This document shows positions 11,020 to 20,429 of a stretch of 64,000 nucleotides of DNA, one piece after another. Under the pieces are notes generated by a model. It was not told where the DNA came from. It saw only the letters and a list, made by a program, of their open reading frames with translations, and made no database searches. Every line of letters begins with the position of its first letter. The stretch's first letter is position 1. The stretch is taken from positions 269,125 through 333,124 of the forward strand of contig QFXC01000007.1 of assembly GCA_003349885.1 (NCBI GenBank), given 5' to 3'. Made by a program: the position numbers and the translations under genes. Source of the DNA: an endosymbiont of Galathealinum brachiosum. Its GTDB lineage: Bacteria; Pseudomonadota; Gammaproteobacteria; SZUA-229.

Positions 11020-12468
11020 ATGCACTCCCCAAGTTTATACTGGTACGACTATGAGACCTTCGGTACTGACCCCAGAACTGATCGAATTGCACAGTTTGCC
11101 GGCATTCGTACTGATATGGACTTCAATATTATTGAAGAGCCTGTAGATATTTACTGCAGAGCAAGTAATGATATTTTACCTAATCCTGAAGCCTGCCTGA
11201 TTACAGGTATTACCCCACAGAAAACATTTGAGAATGGTTTAATTGAAGCCGAGTTTATTTCTCTTATTGAAAAAGAGTTTGCTACACCTAATACCTGTGT
11301 TGTTGGTTTTAATAGTATACGTTTCGATGATGAATTTACCCGTTACAGCCTGTACCGAAACTTTTTTGATCCCTATGCTCGTGAATGGCAGAACGGTTGT
11401 TCTCGCTGGGATATTATTGATTTAGTCAGAATGACCCGGGCTCTGCGTCCGGAAGGCATCGAATGGCCAGTTGATGAAAATGGCATTGCAAGCAATCGAC
11501 TAGAGCTTATTACGAAGGCAAATGGAATCAGCCACGAAGCTGCACATGATGCATTATCAGATGTATATGCCACGATTGCACTGGCTAAATTAATTAAAGA
11601 TAAACAACCCAGATTATTTGATTTCGTATTTGAAAATAAAAAGAAGCAGAAGATTTCTAAAATGCTTAATTTATATAAACCAGAGGTTGTTCTTCACACC
11701 TCCGGAATGTATCCAAGCACAATTTGCAATACCACGGTCGTTTACCCCCTTGCTCAGCACCCAACCAATAAAAATGGCATTATAGTTTTTGACCTACGAT
11801 TTTCACCTGAAGATTTGAAAAATCTCAGTGCCGAAGAAATTATAAAACGCCTGTATACACCCAGAGATCAATTACCTGAAGGCGTTGAACGTATTCCTCT
11901 GAAAACGATACACATAAACAAATGTCCGGTAATTGCACCCGTTAAAACACTTGATGAAGCATCTTCTAAAAGAACTGAAATCAATCAACAACAATATACA
12001 GAACACCTTAAAATGCTACAGGACATACCTGACCTGAATAAAAAGCTGAACCAGATTTTCAGTCACAACCCATTTTCACCTGAAACTGATCCGGATAAAA
12101 GTTTATATGGAGGTGGATTTTTTAGTCCTGATGATAAAAAACGCATGGATGATTTACGCCAGTTAAGAGAAGCCGAATTAGCGAATGTTGATTTTAATTT
12201 TAAAGATAAACGAATTCCTGAAATGATATTCCGTTATCGCGCACGTAACTACCCTGGCAGTTTGAGTAATGATGAAAATATCCGCTGGAATGAGTACCGA
12301 ACAAACAGATTCACTGATAATGAAACAAAAAATAATTTAAGTTTTGAAGTTTACAATAAATTATTAACTGAACGACTGGAAGACGATTCAATTGATAACA
12401 ATAAAAAGAAGATATTGCATGAACTGCAGGAATGGGGGCAGTCTATAACGGAAGACCTAAACGTTTAA
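11020..12468 (+). CDS. sbcB: Exodeoxyribonuclease I
   Basis: N-terminus YWYDYETFGTDPRTDRIAQFAGIRTD matches the ExoI DnaQ-like exonuclease motif. Length is 482 aa. Confidence 0.9.
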   Translation: MHSPSLYWYDYETFGTDPRTDRIAQFAGIRTDMDFNIIEEPVDIYCRASNDILPNPEACLITGITPQKTFENGLIEAEFISLIEKEFATPNTCVVGFNSIRFDDEFTRYSLYRNFFDPYAREWQNGCSRWDIIDLVRMTRALRPEGIEWPVDENGIASNRLELITKANGISHEAAHDALSDVYATIALAKLIKDKQPRLFDFVFENKKKQKISKMLNLYKPEVVLHTSGMYPSTICNTTVVYPLAQHPTNKNGIIVFDLRFSPEDLKNLSAEEIIKRLYTPRDQLPEGVERIPLKTIHINKCPVIAPVKTLDEASSKRTEINQQQYTEHLKMLQDIPDLNKKLNQIFSHNPFSPETDPDKSLYGGGFFSPDDKKRMDDLRQLREAELANVDFNFKDKRIPEMIFRYRARNYPGSLSNDENIRWNEYRTNRFTDNETKNNLSFEVYNKLLTERLEDDSIDNNKKKILHELQEWGQSITEDLNV

Positions 12469-12559
12469 CTCAATAGATATCTAACAACAAAAACTATACA
12501 AACATTATTTTATGGTAACGAATAAATCGTAAATTATAAAATATATATAGGTAACTTAT

Positions 12560-13174
12560 ATGCCATCTCTATCCTGTTTAAATTCTCACCTGTTTGATTT
12601 CAATACATATCGAGATGACAATAGACGACAAAAAATTGAAGATTCTATCTGGAAAGAATTTGGTAAAACCGGTGCTGTATGCGTTATAGATATGTGTGGT
12701 TTTACCCGGGCATCACAGGAAAAGGGCATTATTTACTACCTGTCAATGGTAAGAAGAATGCAAATTATCGTTGAACCTATTATTAAAGAACACAATGGAA
12801 GCGTCGTTAAGTTTGAAGCCGATAACTGTTTTGCCCGATTCAATACCGTAGAAGAAGCATTAAAAGCAGTAAAGTATATATTTGTTGCGATCGACGCGAC
12901 CAATAGAACAACACACGATGATCTTGATATAGATTTATCTATTGGAATTGATTACGGAAAATATTTATTACTTGAAGATACCGATTACTGGGGTGAGCCT
13001 GTCAATCGTGCAAGCAAGTTAGGTGAAGATATAGCCGATAAAAACAATATTTTACTTACTGACACTGCCTGGGAGCAGATTAAAAATACTGACAACTATC
13101 ATACAAAAATTAAACAACATGAAATTTCAGGCATCATGATTGATTCATATGAAATAATTAAGTTTAAAAACTAG
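12560..13174 (+). CDS. Standalone class III nucleotidyl (adenylate/guanylate) cyclase catalytic domain protein
   Basis: Metal-binding Asp lies in VIDMCGFT. The second Asp lies in KFEADNCFARF. The GEPVNRASKL motif matches the G-x-x-VN-x-A-x-R/K-L transition-state motif. The protein is only 204 aa with no other domain. Confidence 0.6.
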   Translation: MPSLSCLNSHLFDFNTYRDDNRRQKIEDSIWKEFGKTGAVCVIDMCGFTRASQEKGIIYYLSMVRRMQIIVEPIIKEHNGSVVKFEADNCFARFNTVEEALKAVKYIFVAIDATNRTTHDDLDIDLSIGIDYGKYLLLEDTDYWGEPVNRASKLGEDIADKNNILLTDTAWEQIKNTDNYHTKIKQHEISGIMIDSYEIIKFKN

Positions 13175-13175
13175 A

Positions 13176-13493
13176 TCAACTATCCTTAATATTATTCACA
13201 ATTTCACTTAATGTATAAAACTGTGCATTTCGCATAAAACCTGCAATAACTTCTTCTTTTAGGGTCAATGCCACACCTTTATCATCTCTCTCTTTTATCC
13301 AGCATTCAGGCAGTCCATCAAATAAATGCATGACGGATAATTCACCGTTACGGTCCTGTGAGAGATGTATATGCTGGTTCTTTAAATTTTTAAATGCCGG
13401 CATAAATCCAAAGCTGATATCGCTAAAAACGACGCCATTAAATTGATGGTAAGCACCCTGCTGTCGAACAGCCTGATGATGTGACATATACAT
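13176..13493 (-). CDS. Hypothetical protein
   Basis: ORF downstream of and convergent with the cyclase. The first ATG is at 13493 (the ORF track uses GTG 13508). No motif was recognised. Confidence 0.3.
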   Translation of the reverse strand: MYMSHHQAVRQQGAYHQFNGVVFSDISFGFMPAFKNLKNQHIHLSQDRNGELSVMHLFDGLPECWIKERDDKGVALTLKEEVIAGFMRNAQFYTLSEIVNNIKDS

Positions 13494-13578
13494 ATGAATA
13501 TCCTGCACTAATAGGCTACTTTTTAATATATCGGCCAGGACATGAGTTTCTTTAATACTAATTCAATAGATTAACTGG

Positions 13579-14172
13579 TTATTTTTTACTCAGAAGATCT
13601 TCGATCAATTCATTAGATATTGCCGTCAAAGCCGCCCCAAAGGCTTCTGCAGTACTATGCATATCAGTATTCTGTAACGCCTCATTTACTTTGTAACGCT
13701 TAGTCCAGGTGTCACCAGTGAGGCTTCCACTTTTCACAGATACTTCAAGTTCAATTTCTATATTTACAGTTTGACCATTAATTATTCGCTCAAAATGAAT
13801 AATTCGGGTATCCAGAACAAAGTCAGGTCGATTTTCTGTTAAGTCACGATTAACCTGATCAGCTATACCACTGGATACTACTCCCTGATATAACGCATTA
13901 TGTACTAACTCAGCAGGTGTGGTTGACCAGAAACTATAATGATAACGCTGTAGCTCTAATGGTTTATCACTTTCTATAAATAAAATAGCCCGCTCATGAT
14001 ATAAGCCCGTGGATTTTACCGCTTTAACCACTATCGATTTATAAGATGCAACCTGAGAATCCAGTGCAACTTCAGGTAGGCGATAAAAGTGATCGGTAGG
14101 TGCAGGGCCACCACCCAGACTACAGCTCCAGATACTACTCACTAAAAGGAGTAATAATATTAATCGAAACAT
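13579..14172 (-). CDS. PqiC/YmbA-like ABC-transport auxiliary lipoprotein (DUF330 family)
   Basis: Lipoprotein signal with lipobox (LLVSSIWSCS). It is the last gene of the MCE/ABC operon, the position the auxiliary lipoprotein normally occupies. Confidence 0.65.
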   Translation of the reverse strand: MFRLILLLLLVSSIWSCSLGGGPAPTDHFYRLPEVALDSQVASYKSIVVKAVKSTGLYHERAILFIESDKPLELQRYHYSFWSTTPAELVHNALYQGVVSSGIADQVNRDLTENRPDFVLDTRIIHFERIINGQTVNIEIELEVSVKSGSLTGDTWTKRYKVNEALQNTDMHSTAEAFGAALTAISNELIEDLLSKK

Positions 14173-14181
14173 TGATATTCC

Positions 14182-15036
14182 TTACTTATCAGTGGGTGGT
14201 TTACTGCCTAATATCACACCCGGATTATTACGTAATTCTCGACTGAACTCATTCATGTTCTGACTGGTTGCATCCAGATTATACATAACTGATTCAATGC
14301 GACTGGAAACAACATCAATAGATTTTTTAAGTTCTATTACGGTATAGCGAATATCTTCACTATTATCATTCAGGATCAGATCAGTTCTTGTAAGAATGCT
14401 ATCAAGCTGTTTATTGATTCTTGTAAAACCAGCAGCCAGTTCTGATAAACTTTTACCGGATGAATCGGCATGTTTGAATAAATTATTTAAATGTTGCACA
14501 TTATTATCACTCAATAAAAGCGACACCTTATCCGCAGAATAATTTAATTTTGCTATTAAATTATTTATATTATTTGTTGACTGGGGAATAAAATCATTTA
14601 ATTGAGAAGCAATTGAATCAACCAGCTCCATAATATCAACCGCTTCTGCACTTTCCAGTGTATCTCCAGGAGATAAATATTTTTTTGAACTTCCCTGAGT
14701 TATTTCTATTTGTTTATCTGAAATAATGGCTGGCATCACAATTTGAGCTGTACTATCAGCTGGTATTTTCCAGTCGGATTTCACCCATAAGGTTAATTTA
14801 TAAACCGTTTTATTGGTATCAAATATAGGTTCTACACCCTTAACTGCACCTATGGCATAACCTCCATACGTGACAACAATGCCATCTTTTATTCCGGTTA
14901 CGTTATTAAACTCAACAAAATATTCATCTGATTCTGATTGTCCACCCGTTATTTTATACAACATAACAAATAACATTATTAAACCGGTTAGAACAAAAAT
15001 TCCTACCATAAAATAATTCGTATTTTCTTTTTTCAT
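14182..15036 (-). CDS. MCE-domain (MlaD/PqiB-like) substrate-binding protein
   Basis: N-terminal TM anchor followed by an MCE domain (EFNNVTGIKDGIVVTYGGYAIGAV). It lies 8 bp downstream of the ATPase gene. Confidence 0.8.
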   Translation of the reverse strand: MKKENTNYFMVGIFVLTGLIMLFVMLYKITGGQSESDEYFVEFNNVTGIKDGIVVTYGGYAIGAVKGVEPIFDTNKTVYKLTLWVKSDWKIPADSTAQIVMPAIISDKQIEITQGSSKKYLSPGDTLESAEAVDIMELVDSIASQLNDFIPQSTNNINNLIAKLNYSADKVSLLLSDNNVQHLNNLFKHADSSGKSLSELAAGFTRINKQLDSILTRTDLILNDNSEDIRYTVIELKKSIDVVSSRIESVMYNLDATSQNMNEFSRELRNNPGVILGSKPPTDK

Positions 15037-15044
15037 ATTATTAA

Positions 15045-15902
15045 CTAATATCTTGAATGATTAGGATTAATTAAATTTGATTTTTCAGGTACCGAATCCA
15101 GACTTTTACCCGTCAATCTCTGCAAATATTCATCAACATCAACTATATCTCGACGCGGTTTTCTATGAAGTAAATTATAGATACGATGATTATCACTATT
15201 TTTCACCTCTTCTACCGTACCACACATCAATATATCCCCCCTGTCTAAAATAGTAATTCTGTCAGCAATATTAAATGCACTTTCCAGTTCATGGGTAACA
15301 ACTACAATCGTCATACCCATTGCATCTCTAAGGCGCAGAATTAATTCATCAAGCTCTGCAGACACAACCGGATCAAGTCCGGCTGAGGGCTCATCAAAAA
15401 ATAATAGTTTCGGATCAAGGATAATTGCTCTGGCTAATGCGGCACGTTTAATCATACCGCCGGATAACTGGGACGGCATTAAGTCTTCAAAACCGGCCAT
15501 GTTAACAACTTCCAGTTTCATCTGACTCATTATTCGCATGGTGTTCTCATCCAGGTTTGCATGTTCGCTTAAAGGTAACTGAATATTTTCAGATACACTC
15601 ATGGAACCAAACAAAGCACCACCCTGAAAAGACACTCCAATCTGCTTTTTCATTTGATGCAGCTGGTTAGAGGTCATTCTGGTAATGTCTTTGCCAAGTA
15701 ATTTAATACTACCTGCAGTTGGTTTATTAAGCCCTAACATATACCGTAAAAGAGTACTTTTACCTGAACCACTCCCCCCCATAATAACCATGATTTCGCC
15801 TTTATTCACTTCAAGGCTAACACTATTAAGTATTTTTTTACTTCCGTAATGCGTAATCAGATCACTCACTTCAATTACTTTCTGGTTGTTTTCAGCTTGC
15901 AT
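15045..15902 (-). CDS. ABC transporter ATP-binding protein (MlaF-like)
   Basis: Walker A motif GGSGSGKSTLLR, ABC signature LSGGMIKRAALARA, and Walker B motif LLFFDEPSAGLD. Confidence 0.85.
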   Translation of the reverse strand: MQAENNQKVIEVSDLITHYGSKKILNSVSLEVNKGEIMVIMGGSGSGKSTLLRYMLGLNKPTAGSIKLLGKDITRMTSNQLHQMKKQIGVSFQGGALFGSMSVSENIQLPLSEHANLDENTMRIMSQMKLEVVNMAGFEDLMPSQLSGGMIKRAALARAIILDPKLLFFDEPSAGLDPVVSAELDELILRLRDAMGMTIVVVTHELESAFNIADRITILDRGDILMCGTVEEVKNSDNHRIYNLLHRKPRRDIVDVDEYLQRLTGKSLDSVPEKSNLINPNHSRY

Positions 15903-15912
15903 AATAAATACT

Positions 15913-16704
15913 CTAAACTCTGGTTAAAAAGAAAGTAAAAATCATATCCGCAATTACAATAAGACTTATAGACATAACCACCGAACGAGTAGTTGCCAAC
16001 CCTACACCTTCAGCCCCACCTTTAACCTGAAAACCATTAAGCACACTGACAATAACAATCAGTATTGCAAACACGATGCTCTTAAAAATACCCTGCATTA
16101 AATCAAAGCGGGTAATCACATCAAAACTTCGACTCATATACACGTCTACAGGCATACCTAGTTCGTAAGATGTATATACTGCCCCACCTAACATTCCCAT
16201 TAAATCACCAAAAATAGTTAATACCGGCATCGCCACAAGCATCGCTACAAGTGCAGGTGCAGCAAGGTAGCGCACCGGGTTTATGCCTATCACTCGTAAT
16301 GCATCTATCTCCTGTGACTCCTTCATCGTCCCTATTCGTGCTGCGATAGCAGAGCCTGAACGCCCAGCTACAATAATACCGGTAATTAAAGCTGCGAACT
16401 CACGTGTCACTGAGACTGCAATCCCCGTTACAACCTGCGCCTGTGCCCCATAAGGTTTGAGTGTTTCCAGCCCCTGTATTGCAAGCATCATTCCTACTGA
16501 AAAACACAACACGATAACAATAGGTGATGCGGTTACACCTATCTGTACTGCCTGAGTAAAAATAAGATGCAAACTGACAGGCTGTTTATTAAACCAGCCC
16601 ATTATTAGCCAGTAAACTGATTCAATAAATAACATGACGCCATAGCCGAGCTCTTCAACCGCTCCAACCGCAACCTGCCCCAGTTTTTCAATTCGGCGTT
16701 TCAT
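15913..16704 (-). CDS. MlaE-family ABC permease
   Basis: 263-aa polytopic membrane protein with a typical MlaE/TTG2B layout. It lies 10 bp upstream of the ATPase gene. Confidence 0.8.
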   Translation of the reverse strand: MKRRIEKLGQVAVGAVEELGYGVMLFIESVYWLIMGWFNKQPVSLHLIFTQAVQIGVTASPIVIVLCFSVGMMLAIQGLETLKPYGAQAQVVTGIAVSVTREFAALITGIIVAGRSGSAIAARIGTMKESQEIDALRVIGINPVRYLAAPALVAMLVAMPVLTIFGDLMGMLGGAVYTSYELGMPVDVYMSRSFDVITRFDLMQGIFKSIVFAILIVIVSVLNGFQVKGGAEGVGLATTRSVVMSISLIVIADMIFTFFLTRV

Positions 16705-16722
16705 TTTGTACGCGTCATACCT

Positions 16723-17043
16723 CTATTCAACCTCATCCAGAGAATCATAAATAGTAAATACCGAATCAAGACGAGCCAGCTGTAAAACCTGCATCGCAGA
16801 ATCACTCACACCGACCAGTGCAAAGTTTATTTTTTTAGATCGAGCAGTCTGCAAACCTTCAACCAGACTCGCTACACCAGAGCTATCAATATATTCGACT
16901 AGTGATAAATCTATTAATAAATTCGAATTTTTCTTTATGTAAGCTAATATTTGTTTTCTTACATTTGGTGATTCATTCAAATCAATTTCACCAGACAAAC
17001 TGATAACCGAATAATTTAAATGCTGTGCAACTGGATACTTCAT
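16723..17043 (-). CDS. STAS-domain anti-sigma-factor antagonist (SpoIIAA/RsbV/MlaB-like)
   Basis: 106 aa. The phosphorylatable-Ser region is EYIDSSGVASLVEG. Confidence 0.75.
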   Translation of the reverse strand: MKYPVAQHLNYSVISLSGEIDLNESPNVRKQILAYIKKNSNLLIDLSLVEYIDSSGVASLVEGLQTARSKKINFALVGVSDSAMQVLQLARLDSVFTIYDSLDEVE

Positions 17044-17052
17044 TAAACTGCC

Positions 17053-17502
17053 TTATTTTTTACATTGTTCATCTATACAACAGACAACAGGATTATTTAA
17101 CTGTTTTCGCATTTCCAGTATATTTCCTGTACCACTCGGGTTGTTTTTATATTCCACACTATCCATTACCTGATTGATGATGTGCACACCTAATCCTCCG
17201 GGTCTTATATCATCAAGATCTCTTGAATGTATAGAATCAAGATCTACACCCTCTGCAAAATCAAATATTTTTACTAAAAACTCTTCTTTATCTTTCCAGA
17301 ATTCAACAATAATCTCTTCACTATCCTGCTCATGATAGGCGTGTTGCATTACATTCATACATCCTTCATTAATCGCCATAACCATGCAGTCCAGATTCTC
17401 AGGGCAACAGCCCTGTTTCTCAGCTAAATCACGCACAAAGTGTCGCAGTGGTTTCAGCTTATCAGCACGGGATAACAAATGAATACGTTCAAGTCTAATC
17501 AT
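17053..17502 (-). CDS. RsbW/SpoIIAB-like anti-sigma factor serine kinase (GHKL ATPase)
   Basis: 149 aa. HATPase_c G-box region is DIRPGGLGVHIINQVMD. Confidence 0.7.
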   Translation of the reverse strand: MIRLERIHLLSRADKLKPLRHFVRDLAEKQGCCPENLDCMVMAINEGCMNVMQHAYHEQDSEEIIVEFWKDKEEFLVKIFDFAEGVDLDSIHSRDLDDIRPGGLGVHIINQVMDSVEYKNNPSGTGNILEMRKQLNNPVVCCIDEQCKK

Positions 17503-17503
17503 C

Positions 17504-19213
17504 TTATTCAGACTTTTCTAATAGTAATAACGTCACATCATCACGTAATGGCTGAGCCGTATTCGTAAACTTATTAACTATTAACTTCAGTCTTTCAACT
17601 GGAGATAATTTTTTATCCATACTGGCTATCAGCTTAAACAACCCACCTAATTCAAGCATAGACTTTTCATTAACAAATCCTTCCGTTACACCATCAGAGT
17701 ATATATACAGACTGCCACTGCCTAATTTTATTATTGATTTTGTATAAAGCGTATCAGGCATCACACCCAATGGAGGTGCTGTTGCTTCAAATTCCTGACA
17801 GAATCCCTCTTCTAAAAATAACAATGCAGGCGGGTTTCCCGCATTTACCAGATGCACTTCATCTTTTGATGGCCTGTATAAACCTGCAACCATCGTTACA
17901 AACATGCCATGGATCGATGTTTCGCATAATTCATTATTTATTTCATACATCAACTGAGCCGGCTCATCAATCCGTTTACCCAGACACCTGAAAAGGCTAC
18001 AGGTTTTAGCCATTAATAATGCGGCATTCACACCTTTGCCGGAAACATCGCCAAGATTAAAATAAATATCACCATTATCCAGTTCAAAGAAATCATAAAA
18101 ATCACCAGATAAAATTTTTGCCGATATATTAATTCCGTTAACCGGAAAACCATCACCCTGACTCGCAGGTAATAAGCTTTGTTGTATTTCCCTCGCTAAA
18201 TTTAAATCGCGATTGATTTCTTTTGCCAGACGATCACGTTCATCCAGTGCCTGCTCAAGTCGTAATGTTAACTCTTGAAAATTAACATTATCTTCATTTA
18301 ACCTGATATTTGCTTCATATAATATTTGTGAAAAAGCGATATGTTCATGTACATGTATTCCCATCACCAATGCGGTTAAATCAACCTCATCCGGTATTGC
18401 CTCAAGTAACTCTTCTGCTCGATAGGGTTCCATGAAAAAATCGTCAGACAACATTTTTCTACATCTATTAATAACATAACTTTTATCATCAGCGGTATAA
18501 ACTGACGTCATCCAGTCTGCACAATGAACCACTTTGCAAAGCTGTTTATCCAGCTCTGTAAAACCGGCATCACTTAAATTTGATTTGCTACAATTGTGAT
18601 GATGAGTTAACTGGGTTTTTATTTGCGGAAATATACCCCACGCTTTCATAAAAATACTTAACTGTGCATCATGCTGTAAATTGAATATATTCTGTTCCAT
18701 ACTTAAGCGGGCTTCCGGCTCACGTTTTCGAAACTCAGACCAGAGCGCACCTTTGTCTGGCTGTTCTAGAAACAGCAACAGATACCCGATATCCTGAATG
18801 AATCCAGCGGTAAAGCACAGGCTGGCATCAAGCCCGATTAATTCACCGACCATTTTTGCACTAACAGCACGACGCAACGAGTCCTGCCAGAAAGCAGGCA
18901 TATCCAGACCAAAAATTTTATACTGATTTAACGTGCGATAAATAATCTGAATAATCGCTATTTGCGTAACTCGCTCAATACCCGACAAGTTAATTGCCTG
19001 ATAAATGGTTTGTACTTTTGTTGTTAAATTAAAATGATCTGAGTTAATAATTTTAAGCAACCGCTGAAAAAATTGCGGATATTTTTCCATCAACTGATTA
19101 ACCGCCTGCTCCATATCATCCGTATGTTGAGCTAATTCCAGAAAATCACGGGCAATAGCGGGCAAATCAGGCATACCCGGGGCATTTAAATTAACTGTTT
19201 TATGAGCAGGCAC
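17504..19213 (-). CDS. HDOD-domain protein fused to PP2C (SpoIIE/RsbU-type) serine phosphatase
   Basis: The N-terminus is an HDOD-like signalling domain. The C-terminus is a PP2C domain with metal-binding Asp motifs (SGDFYDFF, GDVSGKGVNAALLMA, IYSDGVTEG). The ORF track uses a GTG start; an alternative ATG lies at 19174. Confidence 0.75.
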   Translation of the reverse strand: MPAHKTVNLNAPGMPDLPAIARDFLELAQHTDDMEQAVNQLMEKYPQFFQRLLKIINSDHFNLTTKVQTIYQAINLSGIERVTQIAIIQIIYRTLNQYKIFGLDMPAFWQDSLRRAVSAKMVGELIGLDASLCFTAGFIQDIGYLLLFLEQPDKGALWSEFRKREPEARLSMEQNIFNLQHDAQLSIFMKAWGIFPQIKTQLTHHHNCSKSNLSDAGFTELDKQLCKVVHCADWMTSVYTADDKSYVINRCRKMLSDDFFMEPYRAEELLEAIPDEVDLTALVMGIHVHEHIAFSQILYEANIRLNEDNVNFQELTLRLEQALDERDRLAKEINRDLNLAREIQQSLLPASQGDGFPVNGINISAKILSGDFYDFFELDNGDIYFNLGDVSGKGVNAALLMAKTCSLFRCLGKRIDEPAQLMYEINNELCETSIHGMFVTMVAGLYRPSKDEVHLVNAGNPPALLFLEEGFCQEFEATAPPLGVMPDTLYTKSIIKLGSGSLYIYSDGVTEGFVNEKSMLELGGLFKLIASMDKKLSPVERLKLIVNKFTNTAQPLRDDVTLLLLEKSE

Positions 19214-19481
19214 AGGTTTTCAGATTAAAATTTTTATAAATTAAAGTGAATAGAGTATAGCTGCTGTTTGACACAAAAGTGATAGAAAACAGTGATTTAA
19301 TCGCAAGTAAGCTGAACAGAGATGAATCCGAACAATCGGCTTTCCGCTTTTTATATTCGTTAAGCGATACAACTAAATTCTTATATAGTACCTGTGAATA
19401 TTACTCCACTAAGCTCTATACTCATAAATGGAACCACACATCAAAAACACAGTCTTATAGCAATTATTATGAGAATTTTTT

Positions 19482-20429
19482 ATGCCTCAGCAGTCTAGTT
19501 TAAATATTGATCAACGCCAGCAGTTAATAAAACTTACTTCAAAATCAATTTCTTCTATTATTCTGGGTAAAGACAGGCAAATTCAACTCGCCCTTAGCTG
19601 CCTGCTAGCCGGTGGACATCTGTTAATTGAGGACTTACCTGGAGTTGGCAAAACCACTCTATCACTGACACTGGCTCGTGTTTTTGGGCTCGATTTTCAA
19701 CGTATTCAGTTCACCAGCGATTTATTGCCTTCCGATGTATTAGGTGTTTCTATATTTGATGCACACAAACAGTCATTCACGTTTCATCAGGGCCCCATAT
19801 TCACACAGGTACTGCTTGCTGATGAAATTAATCGCTCTACACCTAAAACTCAAAGTGCATTACTTGAAGCAATGGAAGAAAAACAGGTCACGCAGGACGG
19901 TGTAACCCGAACTTTACCCACCCCATTCTTCGTTATTGCGACTCAGAACCCGATGGAACAGGTAGGTACATTTCCTTTGCCTGAATCACAACTCGATCGT
20001 TTCCTGATGCGCATTAATATCGGTTACCCGGATCAACAGGCCGAAATGGAATTATTAAAAGGCAGTAACCGCCATGAAATGATCCAGCAACTTGAGACCG
20101 TTATCACACCTGAACAACTGATTGAAATACAGTTATCTGTAGAAAAAATACATATGTCACAGGCAATACTGGATTATGTTTTATCCCTTATACGCAGCAG
20201 TCGCCTGTCTCCCTGGTTTATTAGCGGTCTTTCTCCTCGCGCTGGCCTTGCATTACAACGATGCGCCCGGGCCTGGGCATTTCTTCAGAATCGTGACCAT
20301 GTATTACCTGAAGATGTACAGGAAGTGCTTCCCTGTGTGGCTGCACACCGATTACAAATACATCCTGAGCACCAGGGTAAGAATATCAATGATCTGATAA
20401 CGTTACTTGTAAAGCAGGTGCCAGTTTAA
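19482..20429 (+). CDS. MoxR-family AAA+ ATPase
   Basis: Walker A motif LPGVGKTTL, Walker B motif LLADEINR, and a length of 315 aa. Confidence 0.9.
   Translation: MPQQSSLNIDQRQQLIKLTSKSISSIILGKDRQIQLALSCLLAGGHLLIEDLPGVGKTTLSLTLARVFGLDFQRIQFTSDLLPSDVLGVSIFDAHKQSFTFHQGPIFTQVLLADEINRSTPKTQSALLEAMEEKQVTQDGVTRTLPTPFFVIATQNPMEQVGTFPLPESQLDRFLMRINIGYPDQQAEMELLKGSNRHEMIQQLETVITPEQLIEIQLSVEKIHMSQAILDYVLSLIRSSRLSPWFISGLSPRAGLALQRCARAWAFLQNRDHVLPEDVQEVLPCVAAHRLQIHPEHQGKNINDLITLLVKQVPV

Noticed and set aside
12560-13508. The cyclase plus the convergent 110-aa ORF as a Pycsar/CBASS-like two-gene defence system
   Set aside because: The neighbouring ORF shows no cNMP-binding (CAP), TIR, TM-effector or nuclease motif. 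It is convergent rather than co-directional. It is kept as a finding about the orphan cyclase only.
19279-19503. 74-aa ORF in the divergent promoter region between the PP2C and MoxR genes
   Set aside because: It lies in an AT-rich intergenic region, has no RBS, is low-complexity, and its 3' end overlaps the MoxR start.
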